Assembly (NCBI RefSeq): GCF_009914755.1
Contig: NC_060934.1
Strand: one strand, 5' to 3'
DNA length: 64,000 nt
Source: the human T2T-CHM13v2.0 reference genome, Homo sapiens
The notes beneath the pieces were generated by a model, which made no database searches, was not told where the DNA came from, and saw only the letters and a list, made by a program, of their open reading frames with translations. The position numbers were made by a program, and so were the translations under genes. Positions 50,018 through 64,000 of this stretch are shown one piece after another; positions within the stretch are counted from its first letter, which is position 1; each line of letters opens with the position of its first letter.

Positions 50018-51416
50018 CTGTTCCATATCTTTGGGTCTCTGCTTGCTCTTACCCTTGCTTCGAATATCCTTTCCACCTTACTTCACACAGCTGACTGTTG
50101 CTTAATTATGGAGATTCAGCTCGGGGATCACTTCCTCAATCCCAAGCTGGGCTAATGTTTTCACAGCACCAGGGTTGAGCACCATCTCAGCCTATTACAT
50201 AAAATGGCCTGGTAATACATCTCCTCCACTGAACCAAAAGTCTCTGAGGATGGGGCCCACGTTCAGCTCCCTGTGGTTCTCAGAGTCTCACCGGATGTCT
50301 GCCGCGCTGCAGGTGCTCAGCACAGGTTTGTGGCTCTGTCCAGCGATTATATTCTCAGCCTACAGGCAGCCTCTTCCTTGTAGCATGGCCAGGTTCCCAT
50401 CGTGCAGACTCATTACATCCGTGCCAGGGCTTGTAAGTTTGCCGCTTATCTGAGGTTCATCTGCAAGAAGCTGTAATTGAAACAGCTTCCAGGATGGAAA
50501 TATCGTTTCCAGAATTTCATTTTCAAGCTTACAGCCTGGATCGTTCAAGCCGATTACAGGAAACGGTTGCAGTGCTGGTGCTCCCCGGGTTGAATCCAGA
50601 TGGGTGTGTTTACTAGGCTGAGAAATGTTAATCCTGTCTTTGGCCTAGAAATGTCTGGCATTCACTTTGGAGGGAAATAGAAAAATAAGGTAGTACAGCC
50701 AGCCAGGCTCAGTTATATTTCCCTTAAATAATGCTTTTTTCAAAACAAGGTGGGGAGAGGGTCTGCTGGAGGGACCTTTGCCTGAAAGGAGATAGTGTGC
50801 AACTGTCATTGATTTTGAAAGTTCAGAAGAAACATTCTGAATAGTCAGTCTTTAGTATCATTACAAGGCTGGCCAAATAACCATGGGCCTGAATGCTGAC
50901 AGGTGCATGCTTGGGGCTAAGGAACAGAGATCTGAATCTGTTCTCTTCTGAAGGCCATATGTAAGCGTGCATGAAGCCAAATGACAATGAGAGGAAGGGC
51001 CTGCACATTTACTGAGCCCTGGCTTCTTTGCCAAGCATTGTACTAAGCACTTCACATTTTTTATATCGTTTGATCCAATAACTCTTTGAGGTGGATACCA
51101 CTACTACTAATCCCATTTACAGTTGAAGAAACCAAGATTCAAAGAGAGGCTTGCCCAAAGTAGCAGGGCTCCCATATGCTTTGCAAACACTTTTATAACT
51201 TTAAACGATTTTTTAACCCTACCACGTGCCGGCACTACAACCAGCCCAGCTGGCGGGTGGTCACTCCTGTCCTGTGTAGTGAAGACCCAAGATCCTCTGG
51301 CAAGTGCTCCCAGGCAGCAGGGCAGTGGGGCCCATTTGTCCCTAATAAACCTTTCTTCCATGCAGTGCTCAAACTCCTCAAGAAAGCAAAACACAACAGC
51401 TTCAGTAACTAAATAG

Positions 51417-51952
<536 letters not shown>

Positions 51953-52441
51953 TGAACATCACTCTGGCCCCTGAGCTCAGCCCTGTGATTCATCCCCACA
52001 GCCCCTCCCTGGCAGTAGGCTCTGTTTGTGGTGCTCTGTAATTAGTTAATGAACTATCTGAATGATATTCCTGTAGTCATTCAACCAGCCCCATCCTCAG
52101 GGTGTAATTGTATTTGAGGTTATTTAAAAACATTATTGTATCCAAATAGAGTTTACATCAGCAGACAGCATGATTCGTAATTCTGCTATCCCTGGTGTTT
52201 CTAAATTGTGCTATAAACTGCCTGATGAGTCGTGCAAAAATGGCTGCACCAACAGAGAACAGTGGGGCTTCTCTGGCAAAAACCACCAACTATCTAAGGG
52301 GAAGAGTAGTAAAAGCAACTTGTGGCTAGAACCCAGTTGACTTCAGTATAGAACAGATTGTTTTCAAGAGGCCCTCCACTAATTTGATCATCATCTTTGG
52401 ATGAACTAACTCTTCATTACCTTTACAAGAAAATGCTTGGA

Positions 52442-55081
<2,640 letters not shown>

Positions 55082-56279
55082 AGAAAATACATGGACACCA
55101 ATCTTGGTCTGCCTTTCTTTACTATCTGTTTTGCAGATAATAGAGTAATACAGTTAAAAGCATGGGAATGGCTTAATGAATATCTCCCAGCCGCCATTTC
55201 TTTGTCTGTAAAATGGGGATTACGGGCTGGGCGCGGTGGCTCACGCCTGTAATCCCAGCACTTTGGGAGGCCGAGGTGGGTGGATCATGAGGTCAGGAGT
55301 TCAAGACCAGCCTGGCCAACATAGTGAAAACCCATCTCTACTAAAAAGATATAAAAAATTAGCCAGGCGTGATGGCGGATACCTGTAATCCCAGCTACTC
55401 AGGAGGCTGAGGCAGGAGAATCACTTGGAGGCAGGAGAATCACTTGATCCCAGGAGACGGAGGTTGCAGTGAGCCGAGATTGCACCACTGGACTCCAGCC
55501 TGGGCGACAAGAGTGAAACTCCATCTCCAAAAAAAAAAAAAAAACCAAAGCTTTTAGTACAACACCCAGGACAAGGCCACTGCCCAGTCCCGGGTGTTAG
55601 GGCTTTAGAAGTTTCTGCATAGTTTTAGTTATTTCTGTATATCTTGTTTTTTTTCTATAGCCTCACAACAGAGGTGATATTTATGTACGTTTTAATGCTC
55701 CTACTACTAGATTATAAATTCCCTGAAAGCAAGATTAATGTTTGCTTCCTTTCTATGTCTTCACACTTCTTATACACGGTAGGAACTCAGTAAATATTTG
55801 TCGAATAAATGAACATATTGATCCTATATTTAAGTGAAAAAAACTGCAAAATGTGCTTTATCTGGGCATTAATGCAAAAGTTCTCAAGATAAAGTTAATC
55901 TGTAGCTGTAAGTATATCTGAAATCTAGAATAATATATCTATGTCAGTTGCTAAGAGGGTCAAATGAGATGTGTATGAAAACCTCTTCAAAAATAGTAAC
56001 ATAGGGCCAGGCGCTGTGGTTCATGCCTGTAATCCCAGCACTTTGGGAGGCTGAGGCAGGTAGATCACAAGGTCAGGAGTTCAAGACCAGCCTGGCCAAG
56101 ATGGTGAAACCCTGTCTCTACTAAAAATATAAAAATTAGCTGGGTGTGGTGGCAGGTGCCTGTAATCACAGCTACTTGGGAGGCTGAGGCAGAGAACTGC
56201 TTGAACCTGGGAGGTGGAGGTTGCAGTGAGCCAAGATCGTGCCACTGCACTCCAGCCTGGGTGACAGAGTGAGACTTCA

Positions 56280-56668
<389 letters not shown>

Positions 56669-56702
56669 TTATATAATATACATATATAATACATAGAAGA
56701 AA

Positions 56703-57250
56703 TCTATATATTATATATATAATATAATATATATATATTATATATATAAATATAAATATATTATATATTATATATATAAATATAAATATATTATATATAT
56801 ATATAATATAAATATATTATATATTATATATATAAATATAAATATATTATATATTATATATAAATATAAATATATTATATATTATATATTATATATAAAT
56901 ATAAATATATTATATATTATATATATAAATATAAATATATTATATATTATATATAAATATAAATATATTATATATTATATATATAAATATAAATATATTA
57001 TATATTACATATATAAATATAAATATATTATATATTATATATATAAATATAAATATATTATATATTATATATATAAATATAAATATATTATATATTATAT
57101 ATATAAATATATTATATATTATATATTATATATATAAATATATTATATATTATATATAAATATAAATATATTATATATTATATATATAAATATATTATAT
57201 ATTATATATATAAATATAAATATATTATATATTATATATATGTATATTAT
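56703..57250. repeat. AT-only minisatellite, ~28-30-bp unit ATATAAATATAAATATATTATATATTAT(AT), followed by (AG)n to ~57280
   Basis: direct inspection; ~550 bp with almost no G/C. Confidence 0.97.
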
Positions 57251-57444
57251 AGAGAGAGAGAGAGAGAGGGAGAGAGAGAGGGATTTCTTCTTCTATGCTT
57301 CTAGTGGAGCAGCTGCTAATTGCAGGGCATAAACTGCCCCTAGTGTGTAGTTGGGCCACCAACCACACATGTCAGCAGTAAGCAACTAGCAAGTGCTTAT
57401 ACACAAGTGAATACAAAGACTTTTTGTTGTAAAGAAACAAAAAA

Positions 57445-57897
57445 GTATATTAGTAATCTACTGCTGCCTAATGCTTTACTCCAAAACTTAGCCGCAGAAA
57501 ACAACAGCAAACACTTATCATCTCACAGAGTTTCTGTGGGTCAGGAATTTGGGAGCAGTGAGTGGTTTTAGGTTGACTGGGGCAGGAGGATCCATTTCCA
57601 TGGTGGTTCACGCACATGCATAGTGAGTTGGTGCTGATTCTCGGTGAAGGCCTCAGCTCCTCCCGGGTGTGGCCTGTCCACAAGGCTGCTTGAGTGTCTT
57701 CACAACATGGTGACTGGCCTTCCTCAGAGGCAGTGATTCAAGAGACCACAGCAGAATCTGCAGTGTCTTTTATGATTTGTCTTCGAAGTCACAACCATCT
57801 CGTCTGGAATATCTTATTGGTCTACCTTATTCAGTGTGGGAAGATACAATACCAGAAGGCGATGGTCATGGAGCCATCTTGGAGGCTGGCTACCACA
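57445..57897 (-). mobile_element. MLT1-family MaLR LTR
   Basis: tctcacagagtttctgtgggtcaggaatttgggagcag ... ggaggctggctaccaca. Confidence 0.7.
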
Positions 57898-58529
57898 AAA
57901 GGGAACTGATCTCAGAAATCAAGAATGGTAGCTACAGCCCAGCCAGGCTTCCCAGAGACAAGAGCTGGAGGGCATCCCAGGAGCCAGGGCAGCTCAAGGC
58001 ACTTCAGTGGCGGCCATCCCCCTGTCTTCACTCCTCCTGTTCCTTCCTCTTCATGTGACTCAGCCACACCCCTTCTCTCTTCTCCTGCCAGTTCTTCCCA
58101 TGTTTCTTAGTTCACATGCCTAAAAGCAGAGCCTGATGGTTCATCTTTTTTCTCAGGTCATCACAGGTCACATGCCAGCCTATGGGTTGGTTCCAAGGAT
58201 CCACTCTAAGACCAGGCATAGGGGAGGCAAGGTTCACATGGTCCAAAACATGGGCATCTTACCCCAGGGCTGTGGTCAGGACAGTCTTGCTAAGATGAAA
58301 TAATAGGTGGGATGCAGCTTGGGAAGTGTGGCCTGCCCCATATGGCTACTGCTCACCAGGCATCGTGCTGGATGGAGGGGCCACAGATGGGGCAAAGAAA
58401 GAAAAATGGGCAGGGCGCAGTGACTCACACCTGTAATCCTAGCACTTTGGGAGGCCAAGGCAGGTGGATCACCTGAGGTCGGGAGTTCGAGGTCAGCCTG
58501 GCCAACTTGGTGAAACTCTCTCTCTACTA

Positions 58530-58796
<267 letters not shown>

Positions 58797-61587
58797 CTAG
58801 ATCTCTCATGGCACTATGAGTGTTGATTCCCTCTACCTGGGGCCCATGGAGAAGTCTCCCCAAGAAACTGCTGCCAGGGCCTTGAAGGATGAGCTGGAGT
58901 TTACCAGATGAAGAGAAGGGAGAATGGCATTTCTGGCAGGAAGGAACCTGCACAGGGTATTTTGGCGGAAGGTGAGACGCTGTAGGTGGGACTGGGGAGC
59001 AGGGCAGCTGGGAGGAAAGCTGGCAGGGCCAGTAGGGTGATGCTGTGATGAACTTGGTGGGACCAGCAAAGAGCTTGGGCTCTACCCGAGAGCAGTGGGA
59101 AGACCTCTAAGTATCTGAAACAGGAACGACCACCGTGGGTGGCTCCAGGGGTGATAGCAACTCAGAAGGGAAGCCGGGTCCAAGGAGGCACCTGAGCGTC
59201 CTCCCCTCTTCAGAGTCCAGTTCACAAGGAGCTGCCTGTGATTTTTTTGGAAAGCTGTATTCTCTGTTACAAAAAGACATCCGAGCTTGTGAGGAACTAA
59301 CGACTGCCCCTCCACTGGTTCCCTTGAATAGCAATCCCTCCAAATATAATTCCACAGCCATCCAAATTAAGCAAAGCTTTATTAAGCACCAAGCCGGCCA
59401 CATCTGCATAATGAAAATATTTCACTGGAAGCCTGAGAAAACTCCCTGTGGACTCCTTATCGAATAACCCCTCATCCTCCTACAAATACCTACCCAGCCA
59501 ATTCAGAAAATAACATCTGGAAAAGAAACCCCTTTTTTCAGTTCAGGTCATTCCAATGAGCAGCTTACAGCAGACTTGGAATTTCTACCTCAGGGAATGA
59601 AGGCTGAGTATGCCAGTCTGAAAGGCTTATTATTTAAATGTCCTCAGGCGGGGCTGGACATGGGCACTCACAGCTGTAATCCCAGCACTTTGGGAAGCCA
59701 AGGCAGGAGGATTGCTTGAGCCCAGGAGTTTGAGACCAGACTGGGAAACATAGTGAAATCTTGTCTCTACAAAAAAATAAAAATATTAGCCCGGCACGGT
59801 GGTGTACATTTGTGGTCCCAGCTACTTGAGAGGCTGAGGTGGGAGGATGGCTTGAACCCGTCAGCTGTGATCTCATCACTGCAGTCCAGCCTGGGTGACT
59901 GAGCGAGACCCTTCTCAAAAAAAAAAAAAAAAATCCTAAGGCCAATTTTATATCTTACTGACCATGTTTATAGAGTGACTTCAGAGGAAAAAGCAAGCTC
60001 CTGGGCTTTTTTTTTTTTTTTTTTTTTTGAGATAGAGTCTCACTGTCTCCCAGGGTGGAGTGCAGTGGCACAATCTTGGCTCACTGCAACCTCTGCTGCC
60101 CGGGTTCAAGCGATTCTCATGCACCAGCCACCTGAATAGCTGGGATTACAGGCACACACCATCACGCCAGGCTAACTTTTATATTTTAGTAGAGACAGAG
60201 TTTCACCATATTGGCCAGGCTGGTCTCGAGCTCCTGGCCTCAAGTGATCTGCCCAACTCGGCCTCCCAAAGTGCTGGGATTCCAGGCGTGAGCCACCACA
60301 CACAGCCACTCCTGGCCTCTTTTACTCAGAGAAATGAGTTGCTCTGGTGAGGTCTGGCCTCAGGTAAGGGGACCATTACATTGCAGGAACCCCTGGAAGC
60401 TGCATGGCCTGTGGTTAAGAGGCCAGCCTCTGCAGCCAGCCTGCCTGGGCTTATATACCCCTGTGAGACTTGCTACCGTGTGACCTTGGGTAAGTTCCTT
60501 GAGCTCTATGTACCTCGGTTTCCTTGTCTGTGTAATGGGAATGATACCAATAACACCTCTCTCTCAGGGCTCTTAAGAGGATTAAGTGAATCCTCTAAGG
60601 ATTAACCTCTTAGAAGAACTTTACACAGCGCAGAGAAAGTACCATACAAATGTTTGCTATTATTATTATTACTTTAGTGTAAATTTACTGATCTGCAACT
60701 TTCCTCTCGTTAAGGTATACCTACAACAAATTTGCACTTTGAAATAGCTGTCCTGATGTTACTAAGTGGAGCTAATCATTTATCACCAAGTTCTGTTGCT
60801 TTTATTTATTTATTTTTTTTTATTTTTTGAGACAGGGTCTTGCTTTGTCACCCAGGCTGGAATCCAGCACTCACTGCAGCCTCAACCTCCTAGGCTCAAG
60901 TGATCCTCCCACCTCAGCATCCTGAGAAGCTGGGACTACAGGTGCGTGCCATCATGCCTGGCTAATGTTTGTGTTTTTTGTAGAGATGGGGGTCTTGCTA
61001 TGTTACCTAGGCTGGTCTCGAACTCCTAGGATCAAGCGATCTGCCGACTCAGCCTTCCAAAGTGCTAGGATTACAAGCATGAGCTATGGCACCCAGCCTG
61101 TTGCTTCTTACTCTGAAGAATAGTTTGAGTTGATCTGATTCTCTCCAGTATAGGTGATAATTGAGCCCATGGGGCATGGGCTGTTATGGGTGGCAGTTAA
61201 CCCCAGGAGTTCAAATCCTGGCTCTCCATTCACCAGCTGTGTGATCTTGGGTAAGTTTCTTAACATCTCTGAGCCTCAGTGGTCCCTATAAAATGACAAC
61301 CACAATAGTACCTATTTCATAGGTGTTTGTGAGGATTGAATGAGATCATGCAGGTAAATTGCTGAGCACAGTGCCTGGCACTAATATATATTCAATCAAA
61401 CCCATTCTTGCCCCAGCCACATCATCTCTCCCTGAAACGTTCATGTTGGCTTTTCTTTTTCCCCCTCTGCCTTGCCCTCTGGCCTTTGAACTTATATGGA
61501 AACCTGGAGTCTGCTTCCAATCTTACCCTCCTGCAAGGCATTCTCCACATGGCAGCGAAATGATTTTTTAAAACACAAACCTGATCA

Positions 61588-61958
<371 letters not shown>

Positions 61959-62797
61959 TTACCCTTGGGATAAATTCTCACATCCCTGTAGAGGCTCCCC
62001 GGGCCTCGCCAGAGGTCTATTCAGCATGCGCCTCCCTCAGTGGCCTTGTCTCATTCCCTGAAGGTTCCTTAGCACAGACCTTCACACCTGCAGTGGCCAT
62101 CGTTTCTTCCCACACTCTTCCTGCCAAGCTAAGTCCCACTCATCCAACAAGCCTCAGCTTACATGTGACTTCCTCAAGATGCCTTCCTGACCTCCCAACT
62201 TGGAGGGTTCCCTCCATATTTAATTTCTCAAGGCATCTTATTCTATTCCTTCTTAGTGTTAACAATTGCACCAAAATTATTATCTGTATAATTTGAGTGT
62301 CAGAGTTTGTGTTGTTCACAGAACATCCCCAGAGTTTGGTGTGGTGTCCAGCCCATAGTAGGCACTCCATAAATACTTAAAGATTGGGTGGATGAATGAG
62401 TGAATCAATGAACAAATAGTGGCATTACCAGCCTGAGGCCTATAACCGACTCTGCAAGCACCATTCTGCAGAGCCTTGCTTCACTCGGCCCTTTCTTGGT
62501 TTGTGGGGGCAAAAGGACACGCTGTTTAGAACCCAGCAGGCTGAGGACAGGCACCCCCATCACAAAAATCAGAGTCCCAAGTCCTTTTAGAAGCTGAGAC
62601 AATCCAGTCTTCTGCTCTGTTAATAAGGCCAGTGACCAGGAGCTCACTCCTACTTGCTAGCAAGTTCTTCCCAATATCAGCCTTAATCGTGTCTCCTTAA
62701 GAGTCCCCACCCATTTGTGAGATTTTTATTTGTTTGTGACTTCTGTATTTTCTAATTTTTATTTATTTATTTGAGACAGGGTCTTGCTCTGTTATGA

Positions 62798-63047
<250 letters not shown>

Positions 63048-63876
63048 TGAGTAGCTGGGACTACAGGCATGCGCCACCACGCCTGGCTAATTTTTTTGTA
63101 TTTTTAGTAGAGACGGGGTTTCACTACATTGGCCAGGCTGGTCTCGAACTCCTGACCTCAGGTGATGGCCCACCTCGGCCTCCCAAAGTGTTGGAATTAT
63201 AGGTGTGAGCCACTGTGCCCTGCCAGCTGGCTAATTTTTAAAAATTTTAATTTTATGTAAGTACAGGGTCTCCCCCTATGTTGTCCAGGCTGGTCTCAAA
63301 CTCCTGGACTCAAACAATCCTCCTGCCTTGGCCTCCCACAGTGTTGGGGTTACAGGTGTGAGCCTCCACATCCAGCCATTCAACTTTCATAGAGTATATA
63401 TAAATTGCTTTTGTAATTAGAGAGAAAGCAATACATTTTCTAAAGTTCTAACTGCAGAATCTAGTTCTGCCCTTTATGTTAACAATAAAGGCAAAAAAAG
63501 AGAAAGAACCATATTACTGGCCTCCTCTCCCACATCATGTTGGCAACTGAGTCCAGCACAAGCACACCTTGGTCTTTGTGTTTGGACTTGCCTGCCATTT
63601 GCACATACAGTGAGCTGCCACTAACTAGCAAATGCTTTCCCCAGTTTTCAAAATGTGCCTTTACCAGCCTAGTGTTGAGGCCTGAAATAGTCTTGGGGCT
63701 ACCAGTCCTAACCCTGAGGGCACAGGCTGCCTCGCCAGGTATAGAGCCCTTGAGGGCAAAGATTGCCTGCTCCAGTTCAAGAGTAGGTCTTGGCATCCTG
63801 TGGCCAATCAACAGTACAGAATAGCTGGATGAGTAACCCACAGGTTTTTGTTTTGTTTTGTTTTTTGTTTTTGTGA

Positions 63877-63999
<123 letters not shown>

Positions 64000-64000
64000 A

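Noticed and set aside
56703-57250. Regularly spaced repeats as a CRISPR-like array
   Set aside because: No unique spacers; eukaryotic AT minisatellite
57330-57348. CTCF-like CACTAGGGGCAG on minus
   Set aside because: One G short of the core spacing

Overview
Primate (human-like) genomic DNA, Alu-dense. The left ~29 kb holds the complete TIAL1 (TIAR) gene on the minus strand: 12 coding exons with canonical GT-AG introns summing to 1128 nt = 375 aa (three RRMs plus a Q/P-rich prion-like C-terminus), an alternative 3' splice site adding 17 aa, tandem 3'UTR poly(A) signals and a CpG-island promoter with three ZNF143/THAP11-type motifs. By established synteny this is human 10q26.11 (RGS10-TIAL1-BAG3); no BAG3 exon was seen. 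The right ~35 kb is intergenic repeat mosaic (Alu, L1, L2, MaLR LTRs, MER47) containing a full-length RAD1 processed pseudogene and an AT-rich minisatellite. Most ORF-track entries are Alu or GC-rich artefacts. Most interesting observations: (1) an apparent self-regulatory architecture in TIAL1 - several stop-containing cassette exons, three with weak 5' splice sites followed by U-rich tracts, plus three intronic stop+AATAAA modules around exons 10-11 that would trim the prion-like domain stepwise, and a stop-free in-frame intron 8; (2) a chimeric Alu at ~39 kb carrying ~100 nt of 3' flank copied from an identifiable source Alu 22.6 kb away; (3) inverted Alus in a candidate extended TIAL1 3'UTR. 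TIA-1/TIAR splicing autoregulation is published and several isoforms may already be annotated; novelty needs database checks. Repeat subfamily calls and boundaries are by eye and approximate.
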